64,000 nucleotides of DNA. It comes from Psilocybe cubensis (lineage: Eukaryota). Position numbers and translations under genes: made by a program. Numbering within the stretch: position 1 is the first letter of the stretch; every line of letters begins with the position of its first letter. Below the pieces are notes generated by a model. It ran no database searches and had not been told where the DNA came from. It saw nothing but the letters and a program-made list of their open reading frames with translations. Where the stretch lies: the NCBI GenBank assembly GCA_017499595.2, contig CM039003.1, forward strand, positions 1,240,001-1,304,000. The letters are read 5' to 3'. Of this stretch, positions 1 through 11,158 are shown piece by piece.

Positions 1-1
1 A

Positions 2-2410
2 CGACAGCATAGATATTTCATCAATAAAGATATACTTGACACCCTTTAATCGAGCTCGTACGTCATTTATTACTGCGACTTCGTTTTTTGAAAAGTCTTG
101 ACCACGATCCGACTTGGACCGTATTCCTAATACACTGTGATAAGTAGATCCGTTGAGGAGTGCAGCAGCGGTACCTGTGGGTGCGAGAACCACAAATCGG
201 TGAGATTCGCCTCTCGACTCAAACATATGAATGATAGATTTGATCACTTGACTTTTGCCAGTACCGCCCATGCCACCGAGATGCATCCTCAGCTGACCAG
301 GCGACAGCAAACTAGCGTGATTGGCAACAATACGGAAAGCCCTTTCCTGTTCCGTATTCAAGGTGAAATCGGCGACTGTAGAATCTACTAACACATTATG
401 TTCCATTTGCTTTGCCTTGTACGACCTGAGCAGATAATCCGAAGAAACTACTTTGACGTCATTAGTAGACTCTTCGTTGGAAATATGAATGTTTGTTATA
501 TCATCTGAGGGATCTGAAGGCACGTAACCGGACAACTTCTGTTTAAACAGTCTAATTTTTTCAGCTTTTATTAGAGATGCCCAGCTCGTATGCGTCTTGT
601 ATTCAGCAGGCCTGAACATGCTGACTTCTTGACATGTAACATCGCTAGAGGCGTTAGAAAACAATCCTGCAGATTGTATGATGCCATCTACTTCTCGCTT
701 TAACAACACCTCTCTGCGGTATGCCTCACCAATCTCTTCATAATCTAAATGATCTTCACCGAATTCAAGGCCGACAAAGTCGTTGTATTGATCGTCGAGA
801 CCGCAACCATCAGGATAGAGTTCATCCGTGTAAACATCTTGTTGTTCTCCGTCTTTCCTTCTTAACTGTGCGTGAAAATCGTCTCTGTCGTCTAAACATT
901 CATATCGCAGATTAAAGTTATCCATTAGTTTCAACTGTCGGTCGGAAAAAGCGTAAATGGTGAATGCATGTTCCCAAGTCTGATGCAATGATTTCAAATC
1001 TAACCCAGACCTCCAAGGTTTGAACAAGGTCAGCATACTGCAACAATAATACTCTCTGTCGCCTTTGTCGCGCCGTGGAAGGGGACCGCCTAGAAAATTG
1101 GGGACAATATTGTGCGCTCGGGATGAGTCACATTTGACTACGTGAGTGGAATAAAGAGGGTGCTCCTCAGTGAAACGTTCAAAACTTCTTTTGTTTATTT
1201 TAATATTTTTTCGCACACCGTCATATTTAACACGTTGATCAGAATCATCATCTGCAGGTATACCAAGACATGCATCAATGAAATCTTCCATCCCCCCGCC
1301 TTCACGTATGTCGGACGCATGATCATCTTCGAAGGTGAGTGTTTCACTACGCAAACGCTCCATTTCATTTTTAGTGAGCTTACGGCGCTCATAAGATCTA
1401 ATCCAGTCGAATAGAGACATGTCTTCTTGAGTGACTGGGCGGTATTTATAATCATCTACATTACTAGAACCTACATAATGACCGTCATGTCGAGCTAATA
1501 TAACTTTCTGTTCTTCATCTTCAGCATTTTCTAGATCCTCTACGGTAGGTAGGTGGGCGGCTTGGTCATCAGTGATACCGGATTTATGACTGCTCCTTGC
1601 GTCACTTACAAAACTTCTCCACCAAAAAGGTACAAAGGTATGATCAGTGTAATGATCAGGGTTGCCCAATAAATACAAGGAGGCCATCGGAGAACCTATC
1701 TCCATCTTAGAAGACAGAGAGTTGACAATTTTAAGCATCAACCTTCTGCCTGCGTCTTTACCTTCAATCTTGACATCGTCTTTAACTTTTTTTTCTTCAC
1801 GTTCAAACACGTCATACATAGAGGTAAATATCTGATACGTTTTCAATGCGGGTTTGCTAATATAGTCTGATATATAATATATTATTGCTTTTATCGAAGT
1901 ACCCGACAACAGACATGTCACGTCGGTATTACTTCTTGTGAGGTACGACAGCGGAAGAGTAAAGGTATTTAACATCGCTTCCAACTTTTTCAAAAATATG
2001 TGACCGTCGACGTGATCGACTTGAGACTGTTCGTACAGCCTTCGCGGAAATCGTGCTTTACAATTTCCATTCCAATCCAGGCAACCTTTCGGGCCCTTAG
2101 GCATATTTTTTATACCTTTTGATCCGTCAGGGTCATCAATTTGCTGACCGTATGAAACAGTGCATCTGTGCACATTGGACTTCAATATGATATCATCGAC
2201 TGTAGTTTCGTAATTGTCCCACCATTCAGCATTAGAAATGCATGATGTGCAGTGGTCCGGACCATTGGAATCTTGACAAGCATGTTCTACCGGTATAGGG
2301 AGTGTTAGAGTCGGATCTGCGTAACTGGAATTTACAGCCTCGTCATCCTCTTGTATAATTGAATGAAGTCCATCAATTTCTTTGTCGTAAATATGTGGCA
2401 CGCGAGTCTT
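2..2410 (-). CDS. Helitron RepHel, C-terminal part (Rep motif III + PIF1 helicase), in the +1 frame and running off the window
   Basis: Manual translation gives YADPTLTLP, GCLDWNGNCKARFPR, NTDVTCLLSGTSIKAIIYYISDYISK (catalytic Tyr motif), Walker A GGMGGTGKS, LAPTGTAAALLNGSTYHS and Walker B FIDEISM. The frame at 2410 and at position 4 is the same, and the ORF track lists no stop-terminated ORF in it. Confidence 0.92.
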
Positions 2411-5400
2411 TAACAGTCTGCATGTTTCCTGTAAGAAATTCGCCTTGATGACAGCCTTCCAAATATGATAGAAGGCTCGCCTGAAATGCAGAGTCGTTGT
2501 TCATAATACGGTCACGGATTTGCTGTGGAGACAAGCAATTCTCAATCCATAGTAACATATGCAAATGTAAGGTGAGTCTTCCCTGCTGTTCTACCGTACC
2601 ATAGTACGCTGAAGTTTTACCATACAAACCTCGATGAATATTGGATCCGACGCCTAGCACGTGTTTAATAAACAATTCAATTATGAGATGAAAAAAACGG
2701 GCAGCCGATACGGGATTCTGTGCAACCAGTCTATTCCTTTCAGAAGAAGGTAATATGTCTGGTGTAAAGGTCAGCTGTTCTTTGGCATAATATATTGATA
2801 TAGGATGTCTGTTATCGGCAGGTGACAAGGTTATAAACCATATTGGGCAACCTTTGAAAGAAAGCAAAGACCATATCTCATTGCGCATATACTTTTTAGA
2901 CGTGATTGACCCTTTAACATATCCTCCAACGTGGTCAAGATCATCTAAAAGTTTGTAACAGTCTTTCTCACTGTCTGTTTCAGGTGATACATGGTCCCCA
3001 TTTACAAGACGAGAGGAAATGTCTTGAAGAACCGTTTTGTCTATAGAGAGCAATCTTTTAGATATCGCATCAAAATTACGGCGTTTTGCAACAAGAAAGC
3101 TACCAGTAACGCCACCTTTCAGTTGCTCGTGATTGAATGCAATAATAGGAAAATAAAGGTCGCGCTGGAAACGCTTATCATGGTGCATAAGCAGTATTCG
3201 CTTATGTTCTGACTCTGAAAGTTTACGCTTATGACAATGCTGACCTATTCCACCATAACCGTAAGGAAATAGCCAAGGGAACATCTGCGGATAGGCCTGA
3301 GGATTATCGTACATAGACTGCGGTTTTGGATCATGCCCAATAGCTAGCATTTTGCCTTCATTTTCTATGTGTTGCAAGGCTTTTGCCTTCAAAGCTTGTA
3401 TGGACATATTGCCATAGTCTGTTCCACTCAAGCCATGGACAGTAAACGGACAAGGTCCGTCTACAGTTCCTTCATCTTCGCCTTCGTCGTGTAGACTCAT
3501 TGTAGACTCCATACGATTAGTACCGTTGCGCTGTCTGTAGTCTACAGCTACGGGGACACCTATCAGCGGGTAAGACTGGAGATTTTTCTTGGATATTTCA
3601 AGATCAATATAATCCTTATGGTTAAGTTTCAACCATTCCAGAGCATCTGCGACCTTATTGCGACGCACTAGCATTGGACTACGCTTGAACTCTTCTTCCG
3701 TGGGTTGGGTTGGTCCTGTAAATATAAAGGCAAGTACCTCGTCAAGTTCTGGCTTTGAAGGAGGTAATTCATGATACACTTTCAGCGTTGGATTAGAGTA
3801 CATGATGACATTTGCTGTCATTTTAGCCCGCCCAGAGGAAACTCTGACCAGACAGCGATTATGCCGAATGCGAGCAATCATCATGCGCTCTGCAAACGAA
3901 AGATCTTGCAGCTGAGAAGGTATTTTACCTAACCACAAATGATTTGCAAGCGAATGTCTCGGCACATGACCTTTTTTCAACGCAGCAGAGCAAGTATCGC
4001 ATACATGGTTACATGCAGGATCGATCACAGGGCCCGGGATGTCCTTCACCGGGTCGTCAGGATGTAATCTCTCTACACGGGTAGCTCCCTCAACTGCGAG
4101 TATGTCAAGGGGATGATCAAACATAGACAAGTGAGTTAAATTATGCAAAGGCTGCAGCAGACCGCAGACCATGCAGCCTGCTTCCTCCAGTAGAGATGCA
4201 GATGAATCAGCGCAAAATCCATTGATGATTTCCTCTATCAGAAGCTTTGACGGTGGTTGTGGCGGAAACACATGGTCGTTTGAAGTGTGGTCAGAGTCTG
4301 ATGTGGATACAAAAGCATCACCGTTGAGCATGTCAACATCGGAATTAGCAGATTCTGCGCCTGCCTGCCTCTGACGTTCTCGAGATGCTCGTTTATGTAG
4401 AACATTTTGGTTACGATTATGCATGATTGACTCTTCTGAATTGACTGTACTAGGTATTGCCTCAAAGATATATAAATGAGTGGAACATATACCACATTCA
4501 TGACCATCTGTTAATTTTATCAGAGCAGATTTTTTGGTCTTGGAATTAAATGATGTAATACCGTGTTCTTTCAGTACATCCCGAAGCTCGCTTGAAGTGA
4601 GCCATTTGGTTGCACTTTGTATAGAAAATCGACAAAGAACTAGACGGCGTTTGTGGGGTGCGGACGCTTCGGCAGAGAGAAATGACTCTAAATCACGTAT
4701 GTACGGCATATACCTAACGAACTTGTATGTATCACTATAATTAAACGATGCTGTGCCACTATAGGGTACAATATGACTTTCTATTAAAGCAGATGAAACG
4801 AAGCGAGAAAAATTTACAGCACTGTCTGTAAGTTCAAACTGCCGATCTGGATTACAAGAAGATGAATTGCTCTTAATTTTTCTATCTGACACTGATACCA
4901 CACGTTCAAAAATACAGACATTACGAAGGCAAGTTCCGCACACATGATCACGCAAAAGTTCAATGGCATTGCCTCTATTTGTGGTTGAATTGATGCCGTA
5001 CACTCCATGTAAACTTGCAATAGACCTAATTTCAGAAACAGACAGCCAACTAGCAGTGTCAAAGAGAGAGAACCTAGCAACTATTAAATCAGATATATTG
5101 TCAATGGAAGTTGAAATGTGAGCGTCTGTAGCAAGGTACTTCACAAATCTGTATTTAGTTTTAGCTTGAACGGAGGCACATCCCGTATCTTGTACCACAC
5201 GGTATCGCAAAATCTCTGAGCTGACAACCTTTGAAACACCGCCACCTCCGCCTTGCAAGACATCGGAAGGATGATAGTATGAGCATTCAGAAACATTAGC
5301 AGTAAATGAGATGTAGTGGAAATAGTTGAGACCGAATAACCAGGAACACTGAAACGGATACATTAGAACGCCCTTCGATACTATATTAATGAAGGGATAT

Positions 5401-5981
5401 TTCTCTGACCAAAGACGAGGTTGCGTGTAATGTCTGTCGAGCGTGAATTGATGCAAGGCGCATCTTGGCAAAATGGCTACCAGGCACCTATTATATTCCC
5501 ACTTCCTGAGATGATTACGTTGGAGCAACAGAGATACTAAAATAGAAACTCTACGTGTATACGTTGCAGGCGTGAATCTTAACCACAAATAAGCCGACAT
5601 TGAATGACAATCAATATATATGAAGCGGCGAAATTGCGAGTGCAACAAACGCACATTTCCATACGAGTGGGACTGTTTGACGGGTATCTCAGAAGCGGAC
5701 GTAGTAGTACGATTCAAGCAATGCATAACATGAACTAATACTACAGTAAGACGCACTCTACAAACTTTGTGCCCACTTGATACGCTGCTAGATCTAGTAC
5801 ATGTACGACTACGCAATAGATTATTGCCAGGAAATCGAACATCGTAGGTTGGAAATTCCCCACAGGGTAAGCAAAAGTCTATTGACCAATTATTTGTTTT
5901 AAACAACTGTTGATTGACAGCTATACAACTACTAAGCATCGATATTGTTCGAGAATCACCAGCATAATTGGATGCGTTCAA
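2373..5981 (-). CDS. Helitron RepHel, N-terminal part (Cys/His motifs, DUF6570-like region, Rep motifs I and II); true start codon uncertain
   Basis: 1202-aa intronless ORF with LSFAERMMIARIR, YPQMFPWLFPYGYGG, motif I WFITLSPAD and HUH motif YGTVEQQGRLTLHLHMLLWI. It stops prematurely at 2373. Confidence 0.9.
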   Translation of the reverse strand: MNASNYAGDSRTISMLSSCIAVNQQLFKTNNWSIDFCLPCGEFPTYDVRFPGNNLLRSRTCTRSSSVSSGHKVCRVRLTVVLVHVMHCLNRTTTSASEIPVKQSHSYGNVRLLHSQFRRFIYIDCHSMSAYLWLRFTPATYTRRVSILVSLLLQRNHLRKWEYNRCLVAILPRCALHQFTLDRHYTQPRLWSEKYPFINIVSKGVLMYPFQCSWLFGLNYFHYISFTANVSECSYYHPSDVLQGGGGGVSKVVSSEILRYRVVQDTGCASVQAKTKYRFVKYLATDAHISTSIDNISDLIVARFSLFDTASWLSVSEIRSIASLHGVYGINSTTNRGNAIELLRDHVCGTCLRNVCIFERVVSVSDRKIKSNSSSCNPDRQFELTDSAVNFSRFVSSALIESHIVPYSGTASFNYSDTYKFVRYMPYIRDLESFLSAEASAPHKRRLVLCRFSIQSATKWLTSSELRDVLKEHGITSFNSKTKKSALIKLTDGHECGICSTHLYIFEAIPSTVNSEESIMHNRNQNVLHKRASRERQRQAGAESANSDVDMLNGDAFVSTSDSDHTSNDHVFPPQPPSKLLIEEIINGFCADSSASLLEEAGCMVCGLLQPLHNLTHLSMFDHPLDILAVEGATRVERLHPDDPVKDIPGPVIDPACNHVCDTCSAALKKGHVPRHSLANHLWLGKIPSQLQDLSFAERMMIARIRHNRCLVRVSSGRAKMTANVIMYSNPTLKVYHELPPSKPELDEVLAFIFTGPTQPTEEEFKRSPMLVRRNKVADALEWLKLNHKDYIDLEISKKNLQSYPLIGVPVAVDYRQRNGTNRMESTMSLHDEGEDEGTVDGPCPFTVHGLSGTDYGNMSIQALKAKALQHIENEGKMLAIGHDPKPQSMYDNPQAYPQMFPWLFPYGYGGIGQHCHKRKLSESEHKRILLMHHDKRFQRDLYFPIIAFNHEQLKGGVTGSFLVAKRRNFDAISKRLLSIDKTVLQDISSRLVNGDHVSPETDSEKDCYKLLDDLDHVGGYVKGSITSKKYMRNEIWSLLSFKGCPIWFITLSPADNRHPISIYYAKEQLTFTPDILPSSERNRLVAQNPVSAARFFHLIIELFIKHVLGVGSNIHRGLYGKTSAYYGTVEQQGRLTLHLHMLLWIENCLSPQQIRDRIMNNDSAFQASLLSYLEGCHQGEFLTGNMQTVKDSRATYLRQRN

Positions 5982-6672
5982 GGAGTGTACATTAATGCAA
6001 CATTGTATGTGGCCACATAGGATTCCTACAAAATAGCGACAAATGTCAGATCATACACAGTACACATAAGGAGAAGATAACTCACCCCAACCAGAAACTA
6101 AAATAAAAAGAGCGTAGAAATGAAGTGATGCGGCGAGCATATATAAAAGAGTAATGTAAGTTTCAAGGTAAATAGATATGTTCACTAGTCTGATGGATAT
6201 GAGTGTGAGATCGATCAAGGGGGGGGGGGAGGAATGTGTAGGAATAATTAAAGGAATCGCATCGAGGACCCTCGATTTATATAAGTAGACACTGACAACA
6301 GGTAACACCGGGTAACTCTGTGTAGCGTACGATTATTGACAACGGGCGCTTAAATTTTGGCAGAGGGGACACGCAAAGGAAAAGCATATGTCCAACTGTA
6401 ATGCCATGATAATATGTATGTATTATTATATCGGGAGAAATTTGTACGGAAGACAAGTAGAATATGATACGAAGCAGTTGATAAGACAGAATACTAACTG
6501 GATATTCAAAGATACAGGAAGCAGAGTACAAATGACACGAAGAAAGAACAAAAACATTGAAGTAATAGACTACGCGACGTATATGATACCAAAAAATAAC
6601 AACAGATAGCAAGGAGAATGTAAATAATACCATAACTATGTGTATTAAAAGACATTAGGTTTAATGAAATAT

Positions 6673-9600
6673 TCAGTCTTCATCAAAACCTGCAAAGGAC
6701 TCCTGTTCTGCCTCTATGTCGCTGGTATCGTGTTCCGTACCGAACACAACGGCATACTGTATGTTGGTACACAGATGAAATGACCGTTCCTTCTCGTATT
6801 GAGTCATAGTGTACGCCACCATAACAAAGGAGTTAGGTGGAATCTCTCCGCGACGCCATCTAGGTAGCAATTCGTCTAACCGGTCGAGGTCAGTGTTGAA
6901 ATTGAAGGCATGGTTACGTGAATCATATATGGGAACTAATATATGACATTGTCAGTGGTTTGAAGCACATACAATGTTGATAACTTACTAGTGTCGGTTG
7001 AATCCATCATGGTCTTGAACCTGGTGCTTGATTTAAGTGCTTTTCGGCTTCCTCCTTGGAGTTTGGCATCTTTCTGTCCAGAAAGTATGCCGGGTGTCCT
7101 AGGAGGTTTTGAAGGAGAGATTGATTCCCGCTCCGCTATTTGAGTGAGTGTCTGAGTGAGTACAAAAAGAAAAAAAAAAAAAAGTAAGCATATGTGCCCA
7201 CTGACATTTAACTCCCATAGTGCCAAAGGTGATTGCCTTATCACGGATAGAGGCTACCATAACCTGATGTCCGAACGCCATGCAAGCAAATCCAGCGAAG
7301 CGTTCCCACTCCTGGTGCATCATGTGACCAGACAAAAATTTGTTACACAGTCCTTTGGATATCGGCTCCAATAGATACGAATCGCGGGTGAGAATTGCAC
7401 TCAGGCAGATAGCAGGCACCGAGTTGCACTGCAAAGTGGCACGCTTACGATCGTTTCCCATATACAGGATGCTGACGTCCAGAGGCGAAACCCGCGAAGG
7501 ATTGATAAAGTTCTTGTTCCTTACAAAAGTCACAGCGTCATAAGCGTTTCTATATAACATAGTAGAGAGAGTAAGCAATACGCATCATTAAGTAAAGTAT
7601 AGCAAAGGCTTTACGAAACTCACTCAAAATTCATCTCAGGGAAATTCTCACCGCAGAGAGAAAAAGAAACACAGTCGACTGGTGCCATGACATTAGGCGA
7701 GTTCCATTGCTTGAGAATACCATGCCTTGAAATAGTCAAAACAAAACATCGATTATCTTAGAAGGTAAAAACTTACTGAAGATTGGGAAGGTCAACGTAA
7801 GTGCTTTCTAAAAGACTATCTTGTAAATCTGTCTTCGTAACTTCGCATTTCTTCGGCAGATGTCTTAAGGTCAGACACAAATCAAGTCAGACAACAGATT
7901 GAAGATGACATATGGGTACGTTAACTTACTTGACCGAGAAGCGCATGGTATCCTCCATCAGAGCCGGCCCGTTCAATCCAAGACTGGGAGTTTTGTTCAC
8001 AGGACCGGCAGGCACAACATCCTTGAACTTGCGGGGAACTCGAACTGGAGTGACAGGTGTAGGGGGAGCTTCAACAGCGGCATTGATTGGAACAGCTGTC
8101 AAAGAAGATTGAAACTGCACTTGTCGAGTTTTTGGCTGTTCAGAAAGACTGGCCATAACCACATCAGAATGCGCGTCGATAGATTTGGCACTGTTGAATA
8201 AAGGTAGATAAAGACGATCACATATATTGGCATGACGGATATTTACCTTATTACAGACGCCTTAAATTGAACAGGGGGGTCCAAAGTCGAATGTTCGGTT
8301 TTAAGAGCATCTGCTTCACTGTACTTTTCATACGCATCATCGAGCGCTTTGAGCAACTTGCTAGAGGAAGGACCGCTGGGGAGAGCATTGGAAGATGGAT
8401 AAGTGGTCTGATGCATTCGACTCTCTCTGACCGCGTGCCTGATCAAACCCGATTAAGAAGTGATAAAAGAAAAACACCACAAATGAACATTACTGACGCA
8501 AACATCATAGCTTCATCTTCGTGAAGATCGATTGGACCGCTGGGAAGAACAATGCGAATGGATTTGCCTTTTCCTGGAATTCTGTAAATCAAGTTAAGTG
8601 ATGCTCACGTAGACTTTTAGAGCATACACATACTTGGTGCCCAAAATGACTTCAGGTGACGGCAAGAAGGGGTTGATATCAGAATCAGCATCACCCTGCA
8701 AAGTAATGGGTGGAGACAAAACAGCAGATCCAGAAATTTCAGACCCAATCTTCAGCGGAGACACCGACAGACTAAGAGCAGGACGTCAGTCAATCGCAAT
8801 GTGGAATAAAAGAGAACGGTACTCGCTCGATCGCAGCTTCCGAACGCCGAGCGGATCTACGAATCCCAACAGAGCCCTTCTTTGAAACGGATGATTTTCC
8901 TTTGTCTTTCTTTGTGGGGGTGGACGCAACGTTATCCGGTGCAAGAGGGATATGAACATCGACAGACTCTTTCTTAACCATAACTTCAGAGGGCAATACG
9001 GACGTGGGACGAGCAGATGCTTCTTGCTTTATGACAATGCCAGGCTCTTGTTTGATACGGACCGTTTGGGGCATTGTCTTCTGTGGCTTCTTGCCTTTCT
9101 GTTTATTCGGTTTTGCTCTGACAGGAGCACGAATTGTAATACGCGGATGTGAGAACGTATGACATAATAACATAAAAGATGTAAATGATAAACATACCCG
9201 CTGGTAGGATGAACAGAGACCATTTCATCCGCGGATGAATCATCGACTAATATGGCATCACTAATACCCTTCTGATATCGGGCGTTGGCTCTGTTCAGAG
9301 TATCCAACGGTATTAAGCAGAACGAAATAATGGCGAGATTTGATACAAGCAGTAAAACTTACGAATTATCGACGACTCGAATGACTTCGACCGAAGAATC
9401 ACTCGAGTAAGATACGTGATTGACAGTCGCATCAACGTTCGCGCTGACGGATGTACGACTCTTCTTCGGAGGGGAAATTCGGGCTCTGAGGTAAATATAT
9501 AACAAAACCAAAATATCAGCATAACATAAGGGTTATCAGATTGCAATTTCACTAACGGCAACTCCTCATCGGAACAAACGAGCGCAGCATCTTCGATATC

Positions 9601-10140
9601 GCGTTTCCTATAACGACAATAAAGTAGTCAAAACAAAAGAAAAAAAGTGCGGAATGTGCAGCTAAAATCATACAAGCCACTTGTTGACCTGGTCTTCCTA
9701 ACAAAATTGTCCAACGCATCTGATCCGCTGCAATACAGAGATAAGAAAACGGAAGGAACGCATGTAAACGACGTGCGTGATTGAAGACACAGGGTAAGAT
9801 AGTATGGGATACACGTACGCAACAGTCTTGTTCCCCGGTTTGACGACCTTTGCGGCAGCAATGCGAGAGGCGACGCTGTCTAACGGTCCGTCATCAGAGT
9901 CAGTGGCAACAGAAAAAGAATCTTCTTTGTTGTCGGGTTTGACGTGGATTATGACGTTGCGAATGCCTTTTGCAGGACGATGTCTGTTACAACGCACAAC
10001 GTTTAAAATCATAAACTGTACATAGAATAACATGGAACGGCTTACTTGTATTCAGCAGAGGGCGAGCGATCACCAGCAACCACATCGGCATATGTAGGCT
10101 TGGGAGAAGCAGGAGCATAAGCAGAGTTGATGGAAACCAT
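6673..10140 (-). CDS. 16-exon hypothetical protein (829 aa): long disordered N-terminus, globular C-terminal domain with an acidic tail; probable Helitron accessory gene
   Basis: Exons 10140-10046, 9983-9819, 9727-9674, 9607-9557, 9485-9363, 9290-9198, 9117-8827, 8771-8634, 8581-8498, 8438-8247, 8190-7930, 7863-7777, 7725-7624, 7549-7206, 7135-6989 and 6935-6673 splice (14 GT-AG, 1 GC-AG) into an open 2490-nt CDS. Confidence 0.8.
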
Positions 10141-11158
10141 AATGTGATTGAAACGATAAAGAGACTTAGGAATACTGTAGATGATAGAGCTCGAGGCAGG
10201 TAGAGCGTCGAAGATGGAAAGCACTAAACAAAAAAAAACCAAGGTTTTATAGAAAAGGTTATGAGACAGCATCACAAGAATTCAACATGATAAATACTAC
10301 TTGGAGAAACATGAAAAACAGAGAAAAAGGATAATAAAATCCATGAGTTGATACGGAGTAGAAAAATGCAAAGACTAACGCTCGGTACGATAGAAAGCGA
10401 TGAGTGGAAACGCCTTTAGCGAATACCATACACACTCCCGAAGCCACTGAGACAAGCAAGTCAGCACGAATAAGATATTACGCGTGATGAGCGTACCAAG
10501 AGCAAACACCATTGTACAGGAGCGATTGCCTTAAGGGATTAAAGACGCCAAAAAAAATGATGGACCAAAATTTGATGTAAAAAAAAAGCCGACAGATGAT
10601 GGTCGCACTACGCATAAAAACACGAAAAAGGTGAACTAGGCGAAGCGACACGTTGATGAGCAAAGGCAAAGAGCAAGCAAAGCAAGAGGAGCTCCATGAA
10701 ACGAGAAAAGTAGGCACTCGGTACACCAAATCAAGTTAAAGAACAAATGCAATTTAATGAAGCGCGTCATATGAGGAGACGACAACACCATAGATGAACA
10801 ACCGACCTAATGCCGCGGTCGAGAACAGGAACACCAGGGAAGAGGAACATATGAGAGCGAAGTAGACAGGGTCAAAACGGCGCCGATAGCGAATAAGCAA
10901 GGAGGAAAAATATATGAAAATTTTACAAAATGATCGGTGGTAACAACAACCGGAGAGGAGACAAAACATTAACAACCAGTACGAACCAAGCACGACGATG
11001 AGAACGGAACAGTAGCAGATTTCGGACAGAAACGGAAAGATTACACAAGAGGGACACACGAATACGAGTCGGAAAGCGAGAAACATCATAAAACCAAACG
11101 GTCAAACAAGGCCAAAAAAAAAAAAAAGTGAAACAGAATCCCACCCTCAACCAATTGC

